64,000 nt of DNA from Polyangiales bacterium (GTDB lineage: Bacteria > Myxococcota_A > Polyangia > Polyangiales > Polyangiaceae). Position 1 is the stretch's first letter. Each line of letters starts with the position of its first letter. The stretch spans positions 160,001 to 224,000 of the forward strand of contig JBBRLQ010000008.1 in NCBI GenBank assembly GCA_038231275.1, given 5' to 3'. The translations under genes were made by a program, and so were the position numbers. The notes under the pieces were generated by a model, which did no database searches, was not told the origin of the DNA, and saw nothing but the letters and a program-made list of their open reading frames with translations. Shown here piece by piece: positions 33,517-45,161 of the stretch.

Positions 33517-34238
33517 GCCACGACCCCCAAGCCGCCGGTGCCGACGCCCGGACGCCATCCGAGCGTCTTCTTGAGCCCCACGCGCCCGCGCTTGTCCTTC
33601 GCGACGCGCACCGTCAGGCTCTCGGGCCCGCGCGTCAGCTCGAGGCGCAGCGCCACCGGCCACTGCGCGCGACGCGGCCGATCGCTGTCGGTGATCAAGA
33701 GCACGCGCGCGCCCCCTTCCTCCGCGAGGAGCGCGAGCTTTCGCACGATCACCTCCGGCTCGATCGCGCGTCGCGACGCGTGACGTTCGAGAGAAGGCGG
33801 AGGCGCCCTTCGCCCGTCGCAGGCGTCCATGTCGACGACCAAGACGTCGAGCGCGCGCGCGCCAGCGACCTTCACGGCGATCCGCCCGAGCTCCGCGCGC
33901 GGCGGCCTTACGACGAGCAGCCGCGCGAGATCCACGCCCGCGCGCGCGAGGCCCGGCGCGTAGAGCGACCCTTCTGGATCGATCCACCCGCACCACGCCC
34001 GCGCGTCCTTCGCCTGCGCCGCGCGGATGGCGGAGAGGGCCACGCTCGTCGCCCCACCGAGCGCGCGCGAGGCGGTGAGCTCGATCACGCCGCGCGGGAG
34101 GCCGCCGTCGGGGAGCACATCGTCGAGCGGACCGCCGAGCGCGAGCGGCGCAGGCTCCCGCAGGAACGAGGCGATCTCCGAAGCGTGCGAGACGCGCGAG
34201 CCGAGCTCGGCGAGGAGAGTATCGAGCGCGGCAGACAT
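33513..34238 (-). CDS. imuA: ImuA, RecA-like mutasome component
   Basis: LDDVLPDGGLPRGVIEL, WIDPEGSLYAPGLARAGVDLARLLVVRP, degenerate Walker A; directly upstream of imuB. Confidence 0.88.
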   Translation of the reverse strand: MSAALDTLLAELGSRVSHASEIASFLREPAPLALGGPLDDVLPDGGLPRGVIELTASRALGGATSVALSAIRAAQAKDARAWCGWIDPEGSLYAPGLARAGVDLARLLVVRPPRAELGRIAVKVAGARALDVLVVDMDACDGRRAPPPSLERHASRRAIEPEVIVRKLALLAEEGGARVLLITDSDRPRRAQWPVALRLELTRGPESLTVRVAKDKRGRVGLKKTLGWRPGVGTGGLGVVA

Positions 34239-34258
34239 ACTGAACAGATTATCAGTAT
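34237..34258. promoter_or_regulatory. LexA (SOS) box overlapping the imuA promoter and start
   Basis: ATACTGA-N8-TCAGTAT (TACTG-N10-CAGTA), overlapping the ATG. Confidence 0.88.
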
Positions 34259-34287
34259 TCGACCTCCGCGCAAGCGGCGCGTGCGCG

Positions 34288-34911
34288 TCACTGCAGCGTG
34301 TACGTCAGCACCTCGTTCGCGCCCACGAACTCGAGGATCGTCGTCCCGCTCACGACCGAATAGTTTCGCGCCGTGACCCCCGCGGACGGGCACGTGAACG
34401 TGTAGGTCACCAAAAATCCACCCGCGGTGCCCGCGTCGTTTGTGACCGTCGACGTGACGAACGTCCCGCTCGCCTCGACCTCGACGGCCGGCGACGGCGC
34501 CTTGGAGTGAACTTGCACCGCCGTCCCCGCGAACGCCTGGATCTCTTGCAGCGTCACGCCCGTCACGTTCGTTGAGCCGCCAGGACCCGTATACATGGTG
34601 TCCTTCGTCAGGGAATACGTCCCGTCCGTGATGATGCCTCCGATCGGCACCGGCACCGCCTCAGCCACCTGCTGCTGGCTCACGATCGGCGCGCTCGTCA
34701 GGAGCAACGTCGTGCACGAGCCCCCATCGGGGAGCCTGCCGCCGTCGCCAAGCGTGCCACCGTCACCGGCCGATCCGCTGCTGCCGTGACCTCCGCCGGC
34801 GACGTTTCCGCTCGACGTCTCGGCCGCCGCGGGGTGGTTCGTTTTCGCCGAACAGGCGGCGGCGAAGAGGGCCAAAAGAAGCGGGTTCACGAAGCGCGTG
34901 CAGGAAAGCAT
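34288..34911 (-). CDS. Hypothetical lipoprotein
   Basis: LLLALFAAAC lipobox, Gly-rich linker, PVPIGGIITDGTYSLT motif. Confidence 0.75.
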   Translation of the reverse strand: MLSCTRFVNPLLLALFAAACSAKTNHPAAAETSSGNVAGGGHGSSGSAGDGGTLGDGGRLPDGGSCTTLLLTSAPIVSQQQVAEAVPVPIGGIITDGTYSLTKDTMYTGPGGSTNVTGVTLQEIQAFAGTAVQVHSKAPSPAVEVEASGTFVTSTVTNDAGTAGGFLVTYTFTCPSAGVTARNYSVVSGTTILEFVGANEVLTYTLQ

Positions 34912-34990
34912 GGGTAGAGGCTAACCCCGGGCGCCGCAAAGGCCAGTTCCTGGACATTCGCGGCGCGTTGCCCCATCGACCGCGCGCCCC

Positions 34991-37093
34991 CTACCTCTTC
35001 GGTAGCGCCTCGCCGATCCCCACGACCTGGTCCGCGCCCGCCGGCACCGTGATCGTCGACGCCTTGAAGTCGTCGCCCACCGGCTCGTACGGACCGCCGA
35101 GGCACTGGGCGAGGAACGCCTCGGCCACCGCGTTGAACGCCGTCCGGTTCACCGGCCGCGCGAACCCGTGCCCTTCGTCGGGAAAGAGCACGTAGGTGAC
35201 GGGGATCTTCTTGTCCTGCATCGCCTTCACGATCTGATCGCTCTCGGCTTGCTTCACGCGCGGATCGTTCGCGCCCTGTCCGATGAGGAGCGGCTTCTGG
35301 ATGCTGCCCACGCGCGTCAGCGGCGAGCGCTCGGTGAGGAGCTTCTTGCCGTCGTCGGTGCGAGGATCGCCGACGCGCTTGGACATCTGATCGAGCTCGG
35401 CGGCCCAGTACGGCGGAATGCTCGCCAGGAGCGTGACGAGGTTCGACGGGCCGACGATGTCGACGCCGCACGCGAATTTTTCGGGCGTGAACGTCAGGCC
35501 CACGAGCGTCGCGTACCCGCCGTAGCTGCCGCCCATGATCGCGACCTTCGTCGGATCGGCGATCTTCTGCGCGACGGCCCAGTCGACGGCGTCGAGGAGA
35601 TCGTCGTGCATCTTCGCCGCCCACTCCTTGTTGCCGGCGTTCACGAAGCCCTTCCCGAAGCCGGTGGAGCCGCGGAAATTCACGCTGAGCACCGCGTACC
35701 CGCGGCCCGCGAGCCACTGGTGGTAGCGGTTGAAGCCGTAGTCGTCGCGCCCCCACGGGCCGCCGTGCACGAAGAGCACCATCGGCAGCGCGTGATCGGG
35801 GCGGCCGCTCACCTTGGGATCGGTCGCCTTGGGGAGCGTGAGGTAGCTCACGAGATCGAGCCCGTCCCGGGACTTGATGATCGCCGGGTGCATCTTCGCG
35901 AGCTCGAGCGACTCGAGCGCCTTGGAATTCGTGAAGAGGAACGTCGCCTTCTTCGTGTCGCGATCGTACCGGTAGTAGCGGACCGGCCCGTCGGACAGGA
36001 TGTACGAGACGATCCAGCGCTTTTCGTCGAGCGATCGGCTCAAGATCTGGAGGTCGCCGTCCGCCACCGTGGCGAGCGCGGCGAAGTCCTTCTCGAGCGA
36101 CGGGTCGAGCACCTTCCAGCGCGCGCGATCGTAGGTGAAGCGCACCGCCTCGACGCGCTTCTCGGTCGGGTGACGGAGGACGTCGCCGACGTCGACCTTG
36201 GGGTCCTCCGCCACGACCGTCGATTTCCCCGTCGCCAGATCCACCGAGAGGAGCGCGGAGGTGTCGCGACCGCGGCTGTCCTTCATGAGGACGTTCTTCT
36301 CGGCCTTGTCGAGGTCGAGGGGATCGGTGGTCAGCGTGTCCTCCATCGGGACCTTCGACCACGACTTCCACTCGCCCTTCGGCGCGGGGGCGAGGATCTC
36401 GGTGCTGCCGTCGGGCAGCGGCTTCATCGCGAGGCGCACCTTGAAGTGGTCGTCGGTGAGGAAGCCCGCGTAGCCGTCGTTCTTCTGAACGAGCTTGCGC
36501 TCGCCGGTGCGAATGTCGACGTCGTAGACGTCGTGGTAGCGCTTGTCGCGATCGTTGAGGCCGACCTCGACCTTGCCGGGGACGAGGTGGCTGAGGCCGC
36601 CGATCTCGGCGTTCACGCCGTCGATGGGGGTCAGATCCTTGGTCGCGTTGGCCTTCAGATCGACCGCGAAGATGTGCCAGTTCTCGTCGCCGTCCTTGTC
36701 CTGCAAATAGAGGAGGTGGTCGCCCGTGAACGTCCACTCGTAGCGACGGATGCCGCGCTTTTTGTCTTGCGTGACCGGCTTGGCGGTGGCGACGTCGTCG
36801 GCCGATCCGACCCACACGTTGAGCACGCCGTCCACCGGGGCGAGGAACGCGAGGCGCTTACCGTCGGGGCTGATCTTGGCGAGCGCGTGGTCGGGATCGG
36901 CGAAGAGCGCGCTGCGGTGCGCGAGGCTCGCGTCGGCGCGCGGCGGTGGCTTGGTGGCGACCGGTGGCGCCGTGGTGACGGGCGGCGGCGTGGTGACGGG
37001 CGGCGCGATCGGCGCGACGGGCGGAGGCGTCTCTCCGCACGCGGCCGCGAGGATGGGGAAGAAGGCCAAGGCGAGCGCGGGACGGAGATTCAT
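34991..37093 (-). CDS. S9 family peptidase (acylaminoacyl/dipeptidyl peptidase), lipoprotein
   Basis: ILAAAC lipobox, VHGGPW, NFRGSTGFG, nucleophile GGSYGG, GANDPRV, DEGHGF. Confidence 0.95.
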   Translation of the reverse strand: MNLRPALALAFFPILAAACGETPPPVAPIAPPVTTPPPVTTAPPVATKPPPRADASLAHRSALFADPDHALAKISPDGKRLAFLAPVDGVLNVWVGSADDVATAKPVTQDKKRGIRRYEWTFTGDHLLYLQDKDGDENWHIFAVDLKANATKDLTPIDGVNAEIGGLSHLVPGKVEVGLNDRDKRYHDVYDVDIRTGERKLVQKNDGYAGFLTDDHFKVRLAMKPLPDGSTEILAPAPKGEWKSWSKVPMEDTLTTDPLDLDKAEKNVLMKDSRGRDTSALLSVDLATGKSTVVAEDPKVDVGDVLRHPTEKRVEAVRFTYDRARWKVLDPSLEKDFAALATVADGDLQILSRSLDEKRWIVSYILSDGPVRYYRYDRDTKKATFLFTNSKALESLELAKMHPAIIKSRDGLDLVSYLTLPKATDPKVSGRPDHALPMVLFVHGGPWGRDDYGFNRYHQWLAGRGYAVLSVNFRGSTGFGKGFVNAGNKEWAAKMHDDLLDAVDWAVAQKIADPTKVAIMGGSYGGYATLVGLTFTPEKFACGVDIVGPSNLVTLLASIPPYWAAELDQMSKRVGDPRTDDGKKLLTERSPLTRVGSIQKPLLIGQGANDPRVKQAESDQIVKAMQDKKIPVTYVLFPDEGHGFARPVNRTAFNAVAEAFLAQCLGGPYEPVGDDFKASTITVPAGADQVVGIGEALPKR

Positions 37094-37121
37094 GGGCCCG
37101 AAGGGTACGACGGAACGTCGC

Positions 37122-38156
37122 TCAGCGGGAGCCGCAGAGCGAGACGCAGACGTTAGGCCCGCCGTCGGGATAGGAGCACGTCCCGGCGCACTCCCCGGGG
37201 AAGTCGCACTGGCGGCCGGCCGACAGCAAGCCCTCGCAAACGCGCGGTGCACCGAGGGAGAAGTTGCACATCATGGGTGCGATGCAATTGTCCGGACGCT
37301 CGCACGGGGTTCCTGGGCCGCCCGGCGCGCCAGCAACGCACTTCTGGCCGATGCAGATGGCGCCGTCGACGCAGACCTCATCGTAGCGCACGCACTTGGC
37401 GCCGAGAGCGAGGCGGGGCTTGCACGCGCCGTCGAAGCAGTCGGCGTCAGGAGCGCACTCGGGGTGAGCGCCGAACGTGGCGACCACGTTGCCGCCGCTC
37501 ACGGCCGCGCCGCACGTGTGGCCCGCTGCGGCTGGGGCGGCGCAGCGCCCCTCATGAGGTGGAGACGCCGCGACGTCGTAGCCGACGCACGCGAGGCCGG
37601 GCTTGCACTCGTCGTGGACGAGGCAGGGCTGACCTAGGTCCGCGATCCCCTCGTAGGCCGAGCCGCACGGCGCCCGTATGCGAGCATCCCAGATCACCGC
37701 TCCAAACGCGTCTCCCACGGTGGTGCACGCCGCGCCGGAGATCACGGCGTCGAGGGCGGCCCAGCACGCGGGAGAGCCGCGGTCGATGAAACGTGGACGC
37801 CCGAGATGGGCTCTGCACCTCGCGACGCGTTCCGCGGCAAAGTCGGGAGGCTCCCTCTCGGCGCGCTCGCCGGCGCTACAGCACCGCGAAAGGAGCGCGT
37901 CGAACGCGGCCTCGACGTGTGTGCAGTATGCATCTGCCGTCACGCCGAGAGCGGGAGGCGGGCCGGCTTCCGCCTCCGTCGAACGAGGCGCGCCCGGCGT
38001 GGTCCCGGGCACGGTTGACGTCGACGTTGGTGCGGGCGCAGCTTGCGTCGCGTCTTGGGACGCGCCGGGCGGATCGGCGATCCTGCCCCCGCACGCCACT
38101 GCGATGCACCATGAGGAGACCGGGAACAGGAAGAGCAAAGGAAAGCGAGCGCGCAT
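37122..38156 (-). CDS. Cys-rich lipoprotein
   Basis: IAVACGG lipobox and many G.pC.....C..G..C modules. Confidence 0.75.
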   Translation of the reverse strand: MRARFPLLFLFPVSSWCIAVACGGRIADPPGASQDATQAAPAPTSTSTVPGTTPGAPRSTEAEAGPPPALGVTADAYCTHVEAAFDALLSRCCSAGERAEREPPDFAAERVARCRAHLGRPRFIDRGSPACWAALDAVISGAACTTVGDAFGAVIWDARIRAPCGSAYEGIADLGQPCLVHDECKPGLACVGYDVAASPPHEGRCAAPAAAGHTCGAAVSGGNVVATFGAHPECAPDADCFDGACKPRLALGAKCVRYDEVCVDGAICIGQKCVAGAPGGPGTPCERPDNCIAPMMCNFSLGAPRVCEGLLSAGRQCDFPGECAGTCSYPDGGPNVCVSLCGSR

Positions 38157-38169
38157 CGGCTCGCTACTC

Positions 38170-38185
38170 AGCAACGTTCGTGCCA
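38170..38185 (-). promoter_or_regulatory. Sigma54 (-24/-12) promoter of the Cys-rich lipoprotein gene
   Basis: Minus strand TGGCACG-AACG-TTGCT, a perfect TGGCACG-N4-TTGCW match. Confidence 0.8.
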
Positions 38186-38347
38186 TTCGTTGCTTGCGGT
38201 GCGATCGAGGCGATGACGCGCATTCTTGACTGGGCCGTCAGAGAGCGCACGCCTCAGCGCGTGCGTTTTCGGCGGCAAAACGGCGTGCGTCGCGCTTCGG
38301 GCGCACGCTCGCGGCGGGCAGGGTACGCCCAAAGCCACCCTGACGCG

Positions 38348-39178
38348 TCACCTCTTCGACTTCGATCGCGGTCGCGTCTTCAGCTTGGATGCGGGGCGAC
38401 GCGCGGTCGCCTGGAGCGCGCGGAACGTCCTGTCCAGGAGCTCCGTGCCGGGCACCCCTTCCTCTGCTTCCGGGTGGAGCTCCGACCACTCGAGCGCGAC
38501 GACGAGCGGGACCCAGTCGAATTTACTCTCGGGATCGCCGGTCGCCTGCGTCATCGCCACGTCGGGGTTGGCGGCGAGCAGCAGCTTCGAGATGGTAGGG
38601 GCGCTCGGCGTCGAGCACGCCTCGGAAGGATTCGTCACCAGGTACTGCCGGCAGATCAGCGGGCGCTCGGGGTGAATGGAGCACGACTCGTCCTCGAGGA
38701 ACGGGCACGCAATCTGGAGATTGAAATAGCGCATGTGGAACGACTCGAACTCGCCGTCCGATTTTCCTTCGAGGCGTCGCGGCTCGAGCAGCGTATCCAA
38801 GAGCCCCGCCGCCTCCACCTTCACGCGGGCGTCGGCGAAGCGACGTTCGATGACCTCGCGGCGCGCAGCCGGCAGGTCGAGGACCAGCTCGCGGAGCACG
38901 TACGTCTCGGTCTGGCTGAGCGGCACGAGCTGGCGGCAGCACGCGCCGCAGCCTGCCTTGCACGAGATCGGCCGTCCCTCCGCCTCGCTGGCGACGACCG
39001 CGCGGCCGACGACCTCCTCGGTGAGGTCGCGCAGCATCGGGAGCACGTGACGTGGTCGCGCCCCTTCGGCAGGCACCTCCGCGGACAGGCGAAATTCGTC
39101 GTCGCCGAACGTCATCTTGACCTCCGCGCGGAGCGGCGGCGCGGCGTCGAGGCTCGGGTGGAGGAATCGGGAGCGCAT
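38348..39178 (-). CDS. YkgJ-family (CxxxCxxCC) zinc/Fe-S cluster protein
   Basis: ISCKAGCGACCRQLV, CPFLEDESCSIHPERPLICR. Confidence 0.88.
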   Translation of the reverse strand: MRSRFLHPSLDAAPPLRAEVKMTFGDDEFRLSAEVPAEGARPRHVLPMLRDLTEEVVGRAVVASEAEGRPISCKAGCGACCRQLVPLSQTETYVLRELVLDLPAARREVIERRFADARVKVEAAGLLDTLLEPRRLEGKSDGEFESFHMRYFNLQIACPFLEDESCSIHPERPLICRQYLVTNPSEACSTPSAPTISKLLLAANPDVAMTQATGDPESKFDWVPLVVALEWSELHPEAEEGVPGTELLDRTFRALQATARRPASKLKTRPRSKSKR

Positions 39179-39245
39179 GGCGCTGCAGCGTAGCGTGCCC
39201 CGGGGTGGGAGCTCGGACGATCTCCATGCTAGATCCGCTCTCGGA

Positions 39246-40593
<1,348 letters not shown>

Positions 40594-40607
<14 letters not shown>

Positions 40608-41820
40608 CCTCGTGAACGCGCGACGCAAGAAGGGCGAGCTCGTGCTGGTGAAGCTCGACGACGACGGTCGCGCGCGCGCCTCGGAGCTGGCGGCGCAGAT
40701 CGTGGCGATCGTCGAAGCGCACGTAGGTCGATCGCGCGGCGAGGTAGACGCGGCGCTCGCGGCGCTCGACGCGGGCGCGCGTGATCGACGCTTGAAGGAC
40801 GGCCTCGTGAAGCTCGCGCTCGATCGCTGCGAGCTCGACGCGGACGCGTCGGCCGACCCGGCCGCGCTACGAAAGGCGCTTTTTACACGTGCCGCGGAGG
40901 TCCGCCGTACCTCGGAGGTCCGCGCGTTCGACCGCGCGGCGATCGTGGCGGAGATCGCACAGGCGCACGGCCTCGACGCGGCGGCGACCGAGCGGGCGCT
41001 CTTCGCGGATCTTCGGGAGGCGCACGAGCTCCGCGCGTTCACGGCGCCGACACCGCGCGCGCTCGTCGAGGCGTGGGAGCACGCCCAAGCGCAGGCGGTG
41101 CTGCTGCGCGCGGTCAAGCTGACCGTCGAGGTCACGTGCGCGTCGGCGGGGGCCGTGCGGGCGCTCTTCCGGCGCCTCAAGTTCCTGCGGCTCCTCTTCC
41201 AGGTCGAGCGCCTCCCCTCGCCGCACTCGTTTCGCATCGCGATCGACGGCCCGTTCAGCCTGTTCGACTCGGTCACGAAGTACGGCCTCCAGCTCGCGCT
41301 CGTCGTGCCCGTGCTCGAGGGCTGCGATCGCTTCCGCCTCGAGGCCGACGTGCGATGGGGACAGAAGCGCGAGCCGCTTCTTTTTCGTCTCGAAGGAGGA
41401 GCGGTGACGACCCCGACCTCCGACCTCGCGCTTCCCGACGAGGTCGCCACGCTGGTCGCCGCGTGGAACGAAGAGCGCTCCGGCTGGCGCGTCTCTCCCT
41501 CCGCCGACGTCCTCGATTTGCCCGGCGTCGGCGTGTGCGTGCCGGACTTGGTGTTCGAAAAGAACGGCGCGAAGGTGCACCTCGAAGTGATGGGCTACTG
41601 GTCGCGCGACGCGGTGTGGCGCCGCGTCGAGCTCGTCGAAAAAGGGCTCGCCGCGCGCGTGCTCTTCGCGGTCAGCTCGCGCCTGCGCGTGAGCGAAGAG
41701 GTCCTCGGCGACGCGCACCCCAGCGCGCTCTATGTCTACAAAGGCCAGCTCGGCCTTCGCGCCATCGAAGAGCGCCTCGACCTCCTCGCCGCCCGAGCGG
41801 CCGCGCCCGCCGCGTGCTAG
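40594..41820 (+). CDS. DUF790 / Bax1-like endonuclease
   Basis: MLTADLV start, LFADL, IDGPFSLFDSVTKYG, nuclease motif VPDLVF...HLEVMGYW; overlaps the helicase end by 14 nt. Confidence 0.85.
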
Positions 41821-41840
41821 AACCTCCTGGAAAGCTCGAA

Positions 41841-42683
41841 ATGATGGCGGATCCGAAGCTCGCGCGCCTCGAAGCGCTCCTCGGCGACATGGGCGCCGTC
41901 CTCGTCTGTTACTCCGGCGGGATCGACAGCGCGTTCGTCCTCGCGGTCGCGAACAAGGTCCTCGGCGAGAAGGCCGTCGGCATGACGGCGGTGAGCCCGA
42001 GCCTGGCGCCCTTCGAAAAAGAGGCGGCCGAAGCGGTCGCGCGCCAGATCGGCGCCAAGCACGTCCTCGTCGACTCGCACGAGATCGACGACGAGAGCTA
42101 CCAGGCGAACAACCCCGACCGCTGCTTCCACTGCAAGAGCGAGCTCTATCGCATCAGCGCGCTGAAGAGCCGCGAGTGGGGCATCCCCAACGTCGTCAAC
42201 GGCACCAACGCCGACGATCTCGGCGACTACCGCCCCGGCCTCGAAGCCGCGAAGAACGCCGGCGTCAGGAGCCCGCTCGTCGAGCTCGGCTTCACGAAGG
42301 AGGACGTCCGGAACGGCGCGCTCGCGCTCGGCATGAGCATCTGGGACAAGCCCGCGTCGGCGTGCCTCTCGAGCCGCATCCCGTTCGGCACGCGCGTCAC
42401 CCGCGAACGCCTCGCGCAGATCGCCGCGCTCGAGGCCGATCTCCGTCGCATGGGCCTACGCCAGGTGCGCGTCCGCTGGCACGGCCTCGATCCATCGAAC
42501 GACAAAGCGCTCGCCCGCATCGAGGTCGCGCGCGACGAGCTCACGAGCGCCTTCGATCACAAGGACGCGATCGTAGAGGCCGGCAAGCGCTACGGATTCT
42601 CGTACGTGACGATGGATCTTCAAGGATACCGCGTCGGAAGCCACAACGAGCTCCTCGTCGGCAAGAGCCTGCGCGTCGTTTGA
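41841..42683 (+). CDS. larE: ATP-dependent sulfur transferase LarE (PP-loop)
   Basis: YSGGIDS, NNPDRCFHCK, GTNADDLGDYRPG, ACLSSRIPFG, YVTMDLQGYRVGS. Confidence 0.9.
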   Translation: MMADPKLARLEALLGDMGAVLVCYSGGIDSAFVLAVANKVLGEKAVGMTAVSPSLAPFEKEAAEAVARQIGAKHVLVDSHEIDDESYQANNPDRCFHCKSELYRISALKSREWGIPNVVNGTNADDLGDYRPGLEAAKNAGVRSPLVELGFTKEDVRNGALALGMSIWDKPASACLSSRIPFGTRVTRERLAQIAALEADLRRMGLRQVRVRWHGLDPSNDKALARIEVARDELTSAFDHKDAIVEAGKRYGFSYVTMDLQGYRVGSHNELLVGKSLRVV

Positions 42684-42726
42684 CCGCAAAAGTTCCAATT
42701 TCCCCAGGCGGTGCAATACTTCTAGG

Positions 42727-43959
42727 GTGAAACGTATCGTCGGCGCTTGCGTGATCGTTTCGTCGTTCATGGCCGCTGCGGCCGCGTGCGGAGGGGATGA
42801 CCCTGTCACCGGAGGCGGCGACGCGTCCACGGACACCTCTCCTCCCCTCGACGCCGCGACCGACACGACGACCAACGACGTCACCCCGCCGCCGGACGCC
42901 AACGACTCCGCGGTCACCGACGCCGCCTCCGACACGGCCACCGGCTCCGACGCGGACGCCGGCTCCGACTCCGCGGCCGACTCCGGTGCCGACGCCGACT
43001 CCGCGACCGACGCCGGTGCCGACGCCGACTCCGGCCCCGACTCCTCCCTCCCGTGCAGCACGATCCCCAACGTCGGCAGCATCTACTACAGCCGCTACCC
43101 GATCCCTCTCCCCGACGGCGGACCCAAGACCGACGGCGAGCTCTGGGTCGTCAAAGGCGACGGCTCCACCGACGTGAAGCTCGGCGCCGGTCGCCGCCCG
43201 CGCCTCTCGCCCGACGGCAAGCGCCTCATGTTCCTGCGCGACAACGCCAACGTCATCGCCGGCAACCTCTACGTCCGCGATCTCCCCACCGACGGCGGCG
43301 CGCCGGTCGACACGCTCGTCTTCGCGAACGACAACAGCGTCGTGGGCTACGACTGGCGATCCGACTCGCAGTCGATCGTCTTCGACTACAAATGCGACAT
43401 CTACTCCGCCAACGCGGACGGGACGAACCGCGTCGTCTTCAGCTCGTACCGCGACGCCGACTGCTACTCGGACTATCCCGTCGTGAACCGCGTCGATGGG
43501 CGCGTCGCGTTCCACAATTTCTATGACGGCCTCGATCTCGCCAGCGGCGTCGACGGCGGCGCCGCGAAGATCCCGAACACGTTCGCGGGCTCCGATCTGC
43601 CGCCGGGACCGATCCACACCGAGGCGGACATGTCGCCCTCGTGGACCGCGGACGGCCAATGGATCGCCTTCCTCAAGGTCCCGCCGCAGGACATCTACAC
43701 GCCCGGGATGATGGGGCCTGCCTGGAAGCTCAAGCCGGACGGCACCGGCCTCGCGCTCGTCTTCAATTTCGATCCGGGCGACGGCTTCTTCCACGGCGGC
43801 GCGATGACGCCCGACGGCGTCTATTACGTGAGCGCCGGGATCTACAAGGGCGTGAACGGAATCTACGCCGTGCCATTCGACGGCTCGGGCGCGATCAAGC
43901 GCGTCTGCACCAGCGCAGGCCCGCTCGTCGACTTCGTCGGCAGCGTGACCGGTCCGTAG
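42727..43959 (+). CDS. Lipoprotein with D/A/S-rich linker and TolB/PD40-like repeats
   Basis: AAACGG lipobox, DAGADADS repeats, PRLSPDGKRLMF, PSWTADGQWIAF. Confidence 0.8.
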   Translation: MKRIVGACVIVSSFMAAAAACGGDDPVTGGGDASTDTSPPLDAATDTTTNDVTPPPDANDSAVTDAASDTATGSDADAGSDSAADSGADADSATDAGADADSGPDSSLPCSTIPNVGSIYYSRYPIPLPDGGPKTDGELWVVKGDGSTDVKLGAGRRPRLSPDGKRLMFLRDNANVIAGNLYVRDLPTDGGAPVDTLVFANDNSVVGYDWRSDSQSIVFDYKCDIYSANADGTNRVVFSSYRDADCYSDYPVVNRVDGRVAFHNFYDGLDLASGVDGGAAKIPNTFAGSDLPPGPIHTEADMSPSWTADGQWIAFLKVPPQDIYTPGMMGPAWKLKPDGTGLALVFNFDPGDGFFHGGAMTPDGVYYVSAGIYKGVNGIYAVPFDGSGAIKRVCTSAGPLVDFVGSVTGP

Positions 43960-43977
43960 GGTCGGCGTCCTAGCGGC

Positions 43978-45081
43978 TCAACCCGGGTGCTGGAGCCACC
44001 ACGTCCGCGCGACGGCCTGCACGATCGGGGTGCGGAACGCCGGATTGGGGTGGCTGCGGAGGAAGCCGATCGGGTTCAGCGGCGAGACGCCTGCGGCTCG
44101 TTCCATGCGCGCGAAGTAGTCGAGGAGCGCGAGGCCGCCCGCCTCCGTCCAGCGAAAGCCGATCTGCATGCGCGCGCGACCCGTGTCGAGAACATTGATG
44201 CACCCCGCGCCGTCGGCGGCGACCTCGTTCGGCTGGTTCAGGCCGGGGAGGAGGTTCGTCGCGATGTTGGCGAGCAGCGCGGGGCTGGGCCCGTTGCCCG
44301 GCGCCTGCCCGTTCGCGCAGCCTGTGTGCCCGAGGTAGTGGTGCGCGAGCTCGTGGCCGAACGTGAACGCCACGATGTCGTCGTAGATCTCGTGCGCCCG
44401 CGAGAGCCTCCGCGGATCGGCGAGCACGTTCATCGGAATGATGCCGAGCGGGAGCGCGGGGCTCGCCTTGTCGCTCTTCACGATCTGCGGGATGACGGTG
44501 CTCGAGTACTGCTCGTAGGTGCTCGTTCCGTAGAGCTCGTCGGTCGCCCTCGTCTGCGCGATGGCGTCGACCGCCTCGAGGAGACCCTCGGTGCCGGCCA
44601 AGAACGGCCCGCCCTTCTCGTCACACCCCGCGAACGCGTTCACCTCGTTGGGGTTCGGATCGAACACGAGCGGGATGCCGCGCACACGGGCTGCGTTGGT
44701 CGGCGACAGCTGCGCGATCAGCTCCGCGAGGACGCCGCGCACTTCGTTCTGCCACGCGAGAGGCCCCACGAGCGGGATGAGGAGCGGCCGCTGCGGACCC
44801 GGCTGAGGATTCGGCCGCGGCTGGGGCTGCGGCTGGGGCTGCGGGTACGGCTGCGGTTGGGGGTACGGCTGCGGATACGGCTGCGGTTGGGGGTACGGCG
44901 GTGGGTACTGCTGCGGTGGGTACTGCTGCGGTGGGTATTGCTGCGGCCCACCGTATTGCGGCTGCGGCTGCGGAGTTGGCGCGGGCGTCGGCGAGGCCCC
45001 CGCGCACGCCCCGACCATGAGCGAAAGGACCGCCAGTAGAGAGATGAGGAGGGACGGACGACGAACGCGCGAGCTAGGCAT
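43978..45081 (-). CDS. M48-family zinc metallopeptidase, lipoprotein with PQ/YP-rich linker
   Basis: VGAC lipobox, VNAFA, HELAHH (HExxH), NEVAAD, LRSHP. Confidence 0.88.
   Translation of the reverse strand: MPSSRVRRPSLLISLLAVLSLMVGACAGASPTPAPTPQPQPQYGGPQQYPPQQYPPQQYPPPYPQPQPYPQPYPQPQPYPQPQPQPQPRPNPQPGPQRPLLIPLVGPLAWQNEVRGVLAELIAQLSPTNAARVRGIPLVFDPNPNEVNAFAGCDEKGGPFLAGTEGLLEAVDAIAQTRATDELYGTSTYEQYSSTVIPQIVKSDKASPALPLGIIPMNVLADPRRLSRAHEIYDDIVAFTFGHELAHHYLGHTGCANGQAPGNGPSPALLANIATNLLPGLNQPNEVAADGAGCINVLDTGRARMQIGFRWTEAGGLALLDYFARMERAAGVSPLNPIGFLRSHPNPAFRTPIVQAVARTWWLQHPG
44821..44970 (-). repeat. Coding tandem repeats (PQQYP / PQPY / PQ)
   Basis: Repeated 15-nt, 12-18-nt and 6-nt units within the M48 gene. 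Confidence 0.85.
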
Positions 45082-45111
45082 CGATTTCACCCGGGAACGA
45101 TAGCTCGCACC

Positions 45112-45161
45112 TTGCCAAATGGCGCGGCGCGAACAATACTTGGACAACATATGGACAACAT
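45112..45161 (+). promoter_or_regulatory. Sigma70-type promoter with 11-bp direct-repeat operator
   Basis: TTGCCA-N17-AATACT; repeats CGAACAATACT / TGGACAACATA / TGGACAACAT at 45130, 45141, 45152. Confidence 0.65.
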
